Positions 48,810 to 60,420 of a stretch of 64,000 nt of DNA are shown piece after piece. A program made the position numbers and the translations under genes. The number at the start of each line of letters is the position of its first letter. Positions within the stretch are counted from its first letter, which is position 1. This stretch comes from Haliotis cracherodii (Eukaryota): NCBI RefSeq assembly GCF_022045235.1, contig NW_027266343.1:49600001-49664000 (forward strand), given 5' to 3'. The notes under the pieces were generated by a model, which worked only from the letters and a program-made list of their open reading frames with translations, was not told the DNA's origin and did not search any database.

Positions 48810-49877
48810 ATGACAATGAAGATGCCCTATTTCGTGTTGTACCCGAAAAATGATTTTCCGTTCCTGATCCCACCTCTGAAGCACTGCCTGACCACCCATG
48901 CATTGTGTACAAATGGCCTCCAGCCAGCTAACACCACCCTGTACTGGATGGAGATCAGTGACTATTTCTGCTTCCTGGCACTGCCTGTCATCATCTCCTT
49001 TGCCTTCGTCACCGAGATCATCAGCATCATCGTCTTGTCCAAGCAGATTAGGATGTCCCTAGACACGTACCTGCTGGGCCTGTCTATAGCAACAATACTC
49101 CTCATCTGTTGCACAGTGGTGTTAGTGCTTCAACACTACATAGGTTACCATCCAGTGCTTACCTACATCCAGGGCTATGCCATAAGCTGCCGGGACTGGT
49201 TTTGGTACACTACTATATGGCTTATTGTGATGATGAGCTTTGAGCGGGCACTCACCGTGTCCGCAACCCGCTCTAGCACCCTGTGTACTTCTGCTCAAGC
49301 AGGTGTTGTGGTTGTGATGGTGTTTTGTGTAGGTCTTGTAAGCGCCTTACCAAGATTCTGGGAATACGCAGCTACAGGTGTTTTTGATTCCTCACGTAAT
49401 GTCACAGTTCTCATTTCAGAAAAGACGGAGTCAACAACCACGCCAGAGTACAACACAATGTATTTCTGGTATGTTAAAACTATAACGCTATTTCTCCCTT
49501 ATTTCATGATGCTTTCAATCTCCATAACCCTCAGTTGTAGGACCAGACGTTCCACCATGACACGGCGCTACATGTCTGTCAAACACTCCAGCGGACTAAC
49601 TCTAAACCGTAAGATTAAGGAGGAAATAGCCTTGTCGAAACTTTTAATTCTGATAATCAGTGTGTATGTGATATTCACCACACCATTCTGTCTGCTGGAC
49701 CTGCTAGCGTATGCCCTGCCGGGCTGGATTAGTTCAGACAGTCGTATGTTTGCGAGTCTGTACAACCTGTTCAGTGTCAGCTTCTTTCTCCACTATGCCC
49801 TCCATCTTATCCTTTACTTCTGCTACAATAAACAATTCCGTCTGACGCTCCTGGCCCTATGCTGCTGCTGTTGTTGA
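48810..49877 (+). CDS. Intronless class A (rhodopsin-like) GPCR, FMRFamide-receptor/sex-peptide-receptor/GPR139-142-like, 355 aa
   Basis: Seven hydrophobic segments; YLLGLS in TM2, WLIVMMSFERALTV in TM3, LPRFWE after TM4, FLPY in TM5, FTTP in TM6, LILYFCYNKQFR in TM7/helix 8; N-glycosylation sites NTT and NVT; terminal Cys cluster. Confidence 0.93.
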   Translation: MTMKMPYFVLYPKNDFPFLIPPLKHCLTTHALCTNGLQPANTTLYWMEISDYFCFLALPVIISFAFVTEIISIIVLSKQIRMSLDTYLLGLSIATILLICCTVVLVLQHYIGYHPVLTYIQGYAISCRDWFWYTTIWLIVMMSFERALTVSATRSSTLCTSAQAGVVVVMVFCVGLVSALPRFWEYAATGVFDSSRNVTVLISEKTESTTTPEYNTMYFWYVKTITLFLPYFMMLSISITLSCRTRRSTMTRRYMSVKHSSGLTLNRKIKEEIALSKLLILIISVYVIFTTPFCLLDLLAYALPGWISSDSRMFASLYNLFSVSFFLHYALHLILYFCYNKQFRLTLLALCCCCC

Positions 49878-50547
49878 TGAAGCAGCAGCATGGGTCAGAC
49901 GGTCAAGCGAGGGCATGAACAGACCATCCCATACACCTCACTACCATCACACAAGGAATTGCTGTAAGGCAAAACTTCTCACTGTCCTAGCTGACCTTCT
50001 GGATTACACAAGATAAAAAAAATAGAAGTACTTCCTTTTCACATATGCCTGTGTAATAGCTACATGGTTAAATGGTTAGATGTTTATGTTAAGAACTGGT
50101 AAGGAAGAGATACAAATTGAAATTAAAATTTAAAATTTGACATTAAAAATCAAAGTACTTTTTTACATTTTTCATCAACCAAGAAATACGAAGTGCAATC
50201 TGTTCATATATTCATTGCCATCAATAATTTCATTTGTGTGACTTTGTGCGTGAGAGAGCCTTGCGGAGCCTAGCTAGCAGTGTATGAATGAGGCTGATAC
50301 ACGAAACAAAGCAAATGTTTTGATAGTGTAATGGTTTAGATTTGTGTAGTCTAGAAATTTACATTAATGCTTTTAAACTGTTTTGTTACATCAGCCCTTA
50401 TCACAAGCAATGGCTACAAATGCTGACACATACTCCAAAATGTTTTTGATATATATTTTTTAAATTCTTCATGCCTTTTGTTTTAGACAATCATATTTTT
50501 TCCAAAGGTTGTTACGACAAGGTTCACTTCATGTCTGTATTATGTAC

Positions 50548-50553
50548 AATAAA
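50548..50553 (+). terminator. Candidate polyadenylation signal of the GPCR
   Basis: AATAAA about 670 nt after the stop, followed by GTTGTGG and T-rich sequence. Confidence 0.5.
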
Positions 50554-50705
50554 CATTGGAAACTATATACAAGTTGTGGCTACTAACTCTGAATTTTAGT
50601 TCTCTTTTGAGAGAATCTTGAGTTCACTAAACATGAGTCAATTAAACCAAACATTTGGGAAGGTCGTACCAAAGACTGATGATTGATGTTCTGCAGTATT
50701 ACCTT

Positions 50706-50853
50706 CAGTGTTGGAAAATTGAACCGACTACCAGTCCAAGATTAGTTACATTTGAACAGGATTGCTAAAATGTTTTCTAAAATCTACCTTTCCACTAGCT
50801 GTCAAATATTGTCTGACTGGCTGGCTTTAAATTCAGACAAGTTTCCAACACTC
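50706..50853. mobile_element. Small CAG-terminal TIR element
   Basis: CAGTGTTGGAAA / TTTCCAACACT. Confidence 0.55.
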
Positions 50854-51084
50854 CTAATTTGACCTAACAAGGCCAGGAGTCATCAACATTGACATTAATC
50901 AACCTATCTGGGTGTTGCCACCACGCAGACACATATCATGTCAATTGCCTCTAAAATCTGGGATGGGCTTACACTAATACAAAACACAGTTTCTATTTAC
51001 AAATTACAAAGCTGAGATAAAATTAGTCATAAAATAACTGTACTGAGACAGAGGCTGAGAGAGGCACAGCCACACCAATACAAA

Positions 51085-51668
51085 CTCAGACAAACAGATA
51101 CACACAGACACACACACACAGAGAAAAATCTCAGACACACACACACATGGACACAGACAGACACAGTTACACACAGAGACAGACACGACACAGAGAGACG
51201 CTGACACATACACACACACACACACACAGACACAGACACGCACAATGGTGAGGTGAGGTAAACTGGGGTTTAACGCCGCACCCAAGATTATTGCACTTAA
51301 ATAGCAACATACGTGCGGCTGCTTGTACTAGTCCGCACTGATGCTGATTTATAGTACTAGTGCTAGCACATTGAGATACCATGTCGCAGTTTAACATGAA
51401 TACCCCACTCAGACACAGTATACTGACTCAAGAGCCGACCTATCTTTGTTTTAGCCCCTTAATGCCGAGCACCAGCCTGAATAACAACAAGTACCATATT
51501 TTAATGTCTTTTGGTATGACGTGGCCGGGGATCAAACCCTGGACCTTCCGCTCTCTGGGCGGACACTATACTACTAGACCACGGAGACGGTCGACACATA
51601 CACGAACACAGACACAGACACAGACACAGACACGGACACGGACACGGACACGGACACGGACACACACA

Positions 51669-51699
<31 letters not shown>
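51085..51699. repeat. Compound (AC)n/(ACAGAC)n/(ACGGAC)n microsatellite interrupted by a SINE
   Basis: Seen directly on both sides of 51247-51592. Confidence 0.9.
51247..51592 (-). mobile_element. SINE family A, full length
   Basis: Collinear with 5448-5798. Confidence 0.9.
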
Positions 51700-51701
<2 letters not shown>

Positions 51702-52749
51702 AGAATAGTGCAGTGACCATGTCAGAGTGACCCTGAGGCTGAGATTGCCTGTTGATGCCACCCTCATGGGGCCATTATCAGTGCGTAGCAGTGCAGCTGA
51801 CAGTCCTTAATCACCATCAGCATTGTCACACACCGTTAATGTCACTTGGCTTCACGGGCAGCTGTATGGAGCATTCAATGCCTCACTAACATAGTGATGT
51901 ATAACTCCATCTACATCTTATAGTAGGGGAAGCAGAGAATGACAAAACTGCAGGAACTTGGATGAAAAAAATGAAATTCAATTGAGGGGGGAAAAGAACC
52001 ATACCTCCAATGCAAAAACACTTGGATGATGCATCCAATGCGTTTATTGGTGTTTTTGTTTCTGTAACTGATTGCATCTTAATGTGGTTGGCAATGATAA
52101 AAAAAAGAGCCAGCAAAAGTAGACCCAGCGTAGACAGTCAAAGCTGCAACGAAGGAAATCTTCCTGTGATCTGAGAAAAAAAATGCTGATGCTTTTTTCA
52201 GTTTCCAACATGCAATGATTTTATTTCAACTAGAGTGTTGCACAGATCAAACAGTAAGATGATGGACGTGTCAAGAGGTTATGTGAGAGTATCAGTTCTA
52301 AGCCTAATCAGAGGAATAAACCACGCACAAATAACATAGATACTGGAGTGTTTCCTGGGATATAGTCTATCATATACACATAAGGGCTGAAACATGAAAG
52401 ATTACGCAGTGTTCAACAATAAGCATGAAAGTCAACAAGTCCTCATCATGGACCCATATTAATAGTTAAAGATCAAAGGCCTTCTATTTTTGATTAGTTC
52501 TTTTGAGGACTAAATTTAAAGTAGGTGTTCAAAAACATTTTTTTTTTAATAATTTAATAAGAGATTGGTATTGCTACTAATGAACATCTTCCCGAGGCAA
52601 GAGAGTTAACTGACTATAAAAGTCCAGTTTCCAACCTTGCCGAACTAAAGATGCTAATGAATGAAAAACAAACAAGTTTAAACATGGCAAGATGCCAAAA
52701 GATAATTGGGTAAATATGGGTTTTTCAGATTAAAAACGATGTTTTATTG

Positions 52750-52804
52750 GTCTGTTTTCAGTCGTACAAATGGGTATCTCTCATTTGTACGACTGAAAAC
52801 AGAC
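52750..52804. repeat. Perfect 23-bp inverted repeat with a 9-nt loop
   Basis: GTCTGTTTTCAGTCGTACAAATG-ggtatctct-CATTTGTACGACTGAAAACAGAC. Confidence 0.95.
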
Positions 52805-53302
52805 TAAAACAACATTTTTTTATACATATTGTTCACCATTTCTTACGAAAAGTGGTAACAAAATGTCATTTCACCTCATTGCAAAACAGTCAGCCCAAAC
52901 TATTTTTGGTCAAAAGTCATTTCATCCTTCACAGGATGGGTTTTCTCCATCTTTCTCATAAACTTACCAAAATAATTACAACACCTAAAATAAAATCCAT
53001 TTTCATAGAAGCATGCACAACTCAAGACTCCCTGACACACCCTCAGTTTCAAACAGTCTCAAATGAAGTAACTTTATGATGAATGCATCTTTTCGTGTTT
53101 CTCAGTTGCCTTAATACGATGTCATACTGTTCAAACTATCACAAACAGAGAGTGATACCTCATCAGAACAACAGGATAAGGTTAGTTACAAAAAAAGTAA
53201 GCTGTCTTTGTAAGGTTGGCATTCCATTAAAAAGAGAATAGAGTAAGTACAGAGTTGCTTACATGAAACTGGGAATTTGCCCCTGATACATAAACGATAC
53301 CA

Positions 53303-53510
53303 AGGCTCTCGGGACTTCCATCACTTATTCACTTGTGACACTGATGACCTATAATTCCTCCTCATTGGATGTTCTCCATATAATCATCTATGCTCACTCA
53401 CAAAACCAGAAGCTTATAACTATGATTTTAGAACAATTCAGAAGTAGCCAATGAGCAAGGAGGAATTACGGATCTGTCCCAAGAGAATGAGTGATGGACG
53501 TCCTGAGCCC
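53303..53510. mobile_element. Foldback MITE with about 70-bp imperfect TIRs
   Basis: GGAC.TCCATCACT.ATTC...TAATTCCTCCT.CATTGG versus CCAATGAGCAAGGAGGAATTA...GAATGAGTGATGGACGTCC. Confidence 0.7.
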
Positions 53511-53626
53511 AGATTAAATTGTCGAGAAACATCCACCGTTTTGACACGTGATAGATAACCCATAGGTCGGTGTTTCAAGTAGGTTATTATATATATTTCC
53601 AATGATCATGTTATGTAACAAAATGA

Positions 53627-54010
53627 ACCAAGAGTCATCAGAAGATGACAAACAAATCCCCCGGTCCCCACATTTTGAAAGAACAAATCATCTGACTGTT
53701 ACTTTAAGTTCAACTAAATGATAGAATTTCTATCTAATCTGTCTGTCTGTATACAAGATTTGTTATTGAGCTATAAACACAATACCATGGAATTGGGATT
53801 CAGAACATTGTATTTCTATGTAAGGTACACACCACTATAAACAGAGTCAAAATCAAACATGTTGCCATGGAAACAGAAAGAAATATAAATTCAAAACATC
53901 CCTAAGTAGCAAAAGGCACCATTTGACAACCTGGTCTTTGTGTGTGCAAAGTGTCATCAAAGAATACCTATCAGTTTTAAAGATATGGTACGGACATACC
54001 ACCTTAACTG
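53627..54010. mobile_element. Truncated HINE-type element with one monomer related to the 167-bp unit
   Basis: CAAG, hairpin GTCATC-AGAA-GATGAC, ATCCCCCG; monomer motifs CCATGGAAAC, TAGCAAAAGGCAC, GTGTGT..AAGT, AAAGATAT.G. Confidence 0.6.
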
Positions 54011-55082
54011 ACCGATCAGCAATGAGAACCACTGAAATGAACATATGAAAAGTAATTACACTTATGGTTAATGTTACTGCATTTGAATAACAACAAATTG
54101 TTTTCCAACATGCTTCAATGGTTATGATGTATGTCAGTTTCCCGTCTGTACAATGATATTGCTGATTATCAGCCAGAGTAGGACAATAAGTCTGTTGAGG
54201 AGTATTGTATCCATGGCCAACTCGAATGCACCAAGGTGACCGAGGGTCTGCTGTCAGAGCTACAGACTACAGTCCTTATGCTGCTCACTTAAGAACTAGC
54301 TAGCTGCTGTACATCAGTATATCACACGGAAGGTCAGCATGGATGCAGGTACCAGGGGTATGACATATTCCAGGAGTGGTTAGTGTCATCCTGGGGACTC
54401 GCATCAAATGCCAATAAAGTTATCCTGCTTCGTCCACTCCCAGCAACATATGCTGTTGCTGTAGATCTTGTAGCTCAGCGATTTACCAGAGTTCTTACAG
54501 CAGGTTGTTACAAACTCCGGTAATAAACAACATCCTCTACATGATGAATATTCTTCCCTTACAAGTTGGAATCAAGTAACGAGATGTTATCAATCATATT
54601 TTGTGTAAGCCTCATCAATATTCATTGCACTTACAGTGTATTGATTCGACTTAACATCCTACCCTCCAGAAGCTGAGATGGGAGGAGTGAGAGAGCAGGC
54701 ACTAGTAGTCTACTCACTCAGTGGAAATACAGGCGCTCAGCCTTCCTGGCTTGCCTGCACAAACATGGAGGAAGTAACGAGTCAGTTAGAAACAGTACTT
54801 TAACTCTACATAGTTAACATAAATATTTGTGGTAATAATTAGAAAATATTTTAAAACTTAATTCTCAGAGCTTGGAATATTACATGCAAATCTAAAAATC
54901 TGAATCTAAGTCGGATTGCGTGTTCCAACTAATGTATTGGGTGCTTGAAATGCTGAAATATGGCACATGGTGATACATCACACAACATTAAATATCACGC
55001 TAGATTTCCTACAGTGTCAACCATATATTAACAACTTTAAATTCATAGAGATTTAAGATGTCTGCATCTCAAAATATTATCA

Positions 55083-56090
55083 ACAAGTATTTGTCACAGA
55101 GTGACGAAATATCCCCCGCCTGTACACCATAGTACCAAATATGAAGACAATCCAGCGATTAGTTCTTGAGATATTGTGGCAACACCGTTTTCCAACTCCA
55201 AAAACAGATTTGCCTGTTGTGACCTTGAAAATGGGGTCAAGGTCACCAAATCTGACAGGTGTATGCGGTGTCTGTATATACACTATAGTTCCAAATATGA
55301 AGACAATCCAGCGATTAGTTCTTGAGATATCGCGGCAACACTGTTTTCTAACTCCAAAAGCAGATTTGCCTGCTGTGACCTTGAAAATGGGATCAAGGTG
55401 ACCAAAACCGACTGGTGTCTGCGGAGTCTGTATATACACCATAGTTCCAAATATGAAGACAATCCAGTGTTTAGTTCTTGAGATATCGCGGCAACACCGT
55501 TTTCCAACTCTAAAAGCAGATTTGTCTGCTGTGACCTTGAAAATGGGATCAAGGTCACCAAAACCGACTGGTGTCTGCGGAGTCTGTATATACACCATAG
55601 TTCCAAATATGAAGACAATCCAGTGTTTAGTTCTTGAGATATCGCGGCAACACCGTTTTCCAACTCCAAAAGCAGATATGCCTGCTGTGACCTTGAAAAT
55701 GGGGTCAAGGTCACCAAAACCGACTGGTGTCTGCGGAGTCTGTATATACACCATAGTTCCAAATATGAAGACATTCCAGAGATTAGTTCTTGAGATATTG
55801 CGGCAACACCGTTTTCCAACTCCAAAAGCAGATATGCCTGCTGTGACCTTGAAAATGGGGTCAAGGTCACCAAAACCGACTGGTGTCTGCGGAGTCTGTA
55901 TATACACCATAGTTCCAAATATGAAGACAATCCAGTGTTTAGTTCTTGAGATATCGCGGCAACAAACAGGTGGGACGTACGGACGGACGTACGGACGGAC
56001 GGACAGACGGACGTACGGACGTACGGACGGACGTACGGACGGTCGTGAATACTATATCCCCCGCTTCGCGCTTTCGCGCGGCGGGGGATA
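55083..56090. mobile_element. HINE/Helentron-type element with a 156-bp internal array (about 5.4 copies)
   Basis: ACAAG, hairpin GTCAC-AGA-GTGAC, sub-terminal IR TATCCCCCGCC / GGCGGGGGATA, units at 55141, 55297, 55453, 55609, 55765 and 55921, (GGAC/GTAC)n microsatellite, terminal hairpin, A|A site. Confidence 0.9.
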
Positions 56091-58084
56091 ATAATGTCAA
56101 ATCTAGCCTTTACTATATCTACCCCTGATCCTGAAACGGATTCAAAGTGTCAATTTGGGCCCCTGACCGATGAAAATACTTTGCAAACATTGTAGACAGT
56201 GACGCTTATATCAGTTTACACATTCTTCCTGATTATTGTGAAACTTAATGACATTTATTGCTTCTGGAACATGCCAGCCAATTGCCATGATGTTCACACC
56301 CTGTAATTGCCCAATCACAACATCACACTTCCTACTGGCCAGTTTGTATGATAAATAAGACATGTGAATTGATCCCAAACACTCTGTTCTGAAAATATCC
56401 TCTCTGCAGTTATAATTTCACAATTCTTCAGACAGATATAGGTCAATCTGTCTGGATCCATCTCAAAAGACCAACTAAAATTAACATCTCTTCCTTTATT
56501 GCACAGTAATCCACTCGGAACCGAATAGGGACATGACTGGCAGAGATCCATGTGCGACTCCAGCCAGCATCATGACAACTGGGTCTGTTCCAACACACCA
56601 TTGTAGTGTGTGGTAGGCTGAGGAGTAAAGTGCTCAGAACACTAGCGGGAAAGAGCCCTAATGTAGCAATAGATCACAAAGCTGTAGTCATTGAAAGCAT
56701 AAGGATGCAATATCTATCAATAACCACCCTGCATGGAGACAGTGATGGATCCTTGTGGGACATCGTGATGATTAAGTAAACGTGTAGAAGGGAATCATGC
56801 ATTATGGCAAAATGTTTCGGACCATTCATATTCATATTTCTTTACACTTGCCCAATCTGACATAGATAAAGAGTCCCATCAAGGGAAGATAAGGATGACT
56901 GTTGGTATTCTGTAAACACAGCACAACTGCCATGTATGGGAGTGTTTAACGGCACAACGTAAGTCAGTCAATCGCCCATATGAAGCCAGGAATCTGAGGA
57001 TCACAGGCTCAAAGCAAAATCTTCCAAGATATGGCATCAAACTAAAAAGAAATTAATTCCCATTTTACAACATGTTGCATGTTGCTTACGACAAGGGCGA
57101 GTGAGAGTAGAGTCACAAGGTTCCTTGAACTCTGACATCACTTTGTTGCATCTCATTGTGTGCATCATATATCAATGGAATGAAAATTGATGGAAAGTAT
57201 GTAAATATGCAAGATCTACCATACAACAGACACACATTCTCACAGATATTATGTTTTCTTTCAGATAAACATTTAACCATATAAAATTAAAATATTAAAA
57301 AAAGATACAAAGAATTAATTATGCTTTTATACAAAACTTTTAACACTGAATGATTGCCCTATATAAGCTTCTGCAGTAAAATATGAACTTGGCACAGTAG
57401 TTAACCAGTGTATCAAGACAAATACACTGGACAGTAACCATCTTCTTGTCTCTTTTGGACGGTTAGATTAATTACTTCATTTGGAGTTTGATAAAGACCA
57501 GCAGACCTAGTTAAAACAATCTTGGCCCTGACTCCCTTGTGTAACCTGTTTCTGTATCAGTCTGAGGTGGTCTGTATACGTTACAATCAATGACGTCACC
57601 CAGCCTACAGTGGAGCATGGCATTGATTATCAAATGTACATAAACTACTCTGTTTGGAGTGAAGGTGTCTGTATATTTACTGAGTATTATTTCGGCCTCA
57701 TTGAACTGAGCAGAAGCCACTCATAAGTGGAAGCTTCATCGATACTACTAACAAAACTGTCCTTGTGTGCGTGTCCTACAGAGAGGAATAACATGGCGCA
57801 ACCGTTTTATCACCTCATAATGTATTTTCAGTTTCTTGTACACATATCAAATATCTGCTTGTTAAAATGTCTCCATATTGTATTAGTTTTGATTTGTGTC
57901 AATCGAATCAATAAACAGAAACTTTCTGTAATTATAATAGAAAGAGGCAATTATGCTACACTGATCAAACAAAGCCAGATGATTCACAACAAGCTCCATG
58001 ATGAATACTGCAATGGTATTGCTTTCATCTTTGCAATGAGGGGACAAAACTACTCTTGAACCTGTCTCCATAGACTCTGTGAGC

Positions 58085-58770
58085 AGTCAACCAGTTGCTA
58101 TTAGCCTGATAAGGCTGAGTGAACCAACAACTATTAGGGTGAGTGAACCAACCACTATTAGGCTGAGTGAACCAACAACTATTAGGCTCAGTGAACCAGT
58201 CACTATTAGGTTCAGTGACAGTCACTACCGGGCTCAGTGAACCAACCACTATTAGGCTCAGTGAACCAGTCACTATTAGGTTCAGTGACAGTCACTACCG
58301 GGCTCGGTGAACCAGTCACTATTAGGCTCAGTAAACCAACAACTATTAGGCTCAGTGAACTTGTCACTATTAGGCTCAGTGAACCAACAACTATTTGGCT
58401 CTGTGAACCAGTCACTATTAGGCTCAGTGAACCAGTCACTATTAGGTTCAGTGAACCAGTCACTACTGGACTCAGTGAGCCAACAACTATTAGGCTCAGT
58501 GAACCAGTCACTATTAGGTTCAGTGAACCAACAACTATTTGGCTCTGTGAACCAGTCACTATTAGGCTCAGTGAACCAGTCACTATTAGGCTCAGTGATA
58601 GTCACTACTTGACTCAGTGAGCCAACAACTATTAGGCTCAGTGAACCAGTCACTATTAGGTTCAGTGAACCAACAACTATTTGGCTCTGTGAACCAGTCA
58701 CTATTATACTCAGTGAACTAGACACTACTAGGTTCAGTGAACCAGACACTATAAGGCTCAGTGAACCAGT
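58085..58770. repeat. 24-bp minisatellite, about 28 copies
   Basis: Unit GTGAACCAGTCACTATTAGGCTCA with variant GTGAACCAACAACTATT. Confidence 0.95.
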
Positions 58771-59777
58771 TTTTATTGGTTGGATTACACAGTCTCTATT
58801 TGAGTGGCTTCAGAAAATATAACAAAATCTTATTTATGTTCTTAATTCTTGTTTTGAGGAAAAATCAATGCAAGAATGTGACCATTTCATTTTCACGAGA
58901 CCATAAAGGGCAATGCAAATTGAAGGAAAAACAGGAGTCCTGGACCACTGAACTATATGTAGATACAGTATAGTGTAGAACAACAGATGTCATCTGTACA
59001 TCATATCCTAGCATATGGATCTGCTGAACAAACCCTATCAAACCACAAGGCCGGCAAGTCTTCGAACCTTACCCACCTCAATCAGTCCATGGATATCTAT
59101 ACCAATCACATACCTGATCAATGAATGGGGAATGGTTGATTAGTGTCAGCTTCATGATCCATGTCAAGAACGACATTGACCAGTGTTTGCAAAATAATAC
59201 CTTGGGTCAGGGCTAACTTGTTTCAAGACTGTCACTTTCTCTTCAACTACATGCCAATGCACATAAAATAAATGAAAATTCATAGTGACCAATTACCTGC
59301 ATAAGTGAGGGGCCAGGTGTTAGGGCTGGGAACCCATACTGCTGAGAATTGGGGTAATGTTTTTTTCAGAGGTCAAAGACATCCATCTCTTGGCAGTTTT
59401 AGACACTGCCTGTGCCATACATCCTGTCTGTTCTTGATCACCGAGCCAGACTCTCTAAGTTTATTCCCTCGCCTGTAGGTGCCATCGTTCTGTCACCTAA
59501 CTTGCAGAATAATCTGAGTGTTTACAACATCTATCATTTCCTGTTCTATTTCGTATTTGAAACATTCTATTCCCATGTGGTAGATCTTGATTTTCTGGCA
59601 TTAATGCTGCATCTGTGAATATATTCCTGACAGTCAAAGATCTGACTTGGGCTTTGGATCTGACCAGACAAGAAAGGGCATTAACCTTCCTACACGCTTG
59701 TCTACAAATATATGAGCACTCTGGGACACAACATGTTCTGATGCACCACATCACCCCTCTCCGGGAGTACCAAATCC

Positions 59778-60420
59778 CTAGCCCATGTCATCCTACCAAG
59801 GTGGCATACAGTACAAATATCTGGTGTCCTGCACACTAACACCCACTGTCCCTGGCCCATGTCATCCTACCAAGGTGGCATACAGTACAAATATCTGGTG
59901 TCATGGCCACCAACACCCACTGTCCCTGGCCTGTGTCATCCTATCAAGGTGGCATACAGTACAAATATCTGGTGTCTTGTCCACAGACACCCACTGTCCC
60001 TGGCCCATGTCATCCTACCAAGGTGGAATACAGTACAAATATCTGTGTGTCCTGCTCAACAACACCCACTGTCCCTGGCCTGTGTCATCCTATCAAGGTG
60101 GCATACAGTACAAATATCTGGTGTCCTGCTCAACAACACCCACTGTCCCTGGTCCATGTCATCCTACCAAGGTGGCATACAGTACAAATATCTGTGTGTC
60201 CTGCCCACCAACATCCACTGTCCCTGGTCCATGTCATCCTACCAAGGTGGAATACAGTACAAATATCTGGTGTCTTGTCCACCAACACCCACCGTCTCTG
60301 GCCCATGTCATCCTACCTAGGTGGCATACAGTACAAATATCTGGCGTCTTGCATACAAACACCCACTGTCCCTGGCCCATGTCATCCTACCAAGGTGGCA
60401 TACAGTACAAATATCCCCTG
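59778..60420. repeat. 74-75-bp minisatellite, about 9 copies
   Basis: GCCCATGTCATCCTACCAAGGTGGCATACAGTACAAATATCTG at 59781, 59855 and 60003. Confidence 0.95.

Noticed and set aside
51004-51767. CV-rich and TR/TH-rich ORFs
   Set aside because: Translations of the microsatellite plus SINE.
53125-53168. Minus-strand hammerhead-like CTGATGA-GG-TATCAC...GTGATA-GTTT-GAAC
   Set aside because: The GAAA box is altered, stem II is out of register and stems I/III are absent.
58025-58973. SEPVTIRL / TEPNSDWF repeat proteins
   Set aside because: Products of the 24-bp minisatellite, open on both strands, with no supporting gene structure.
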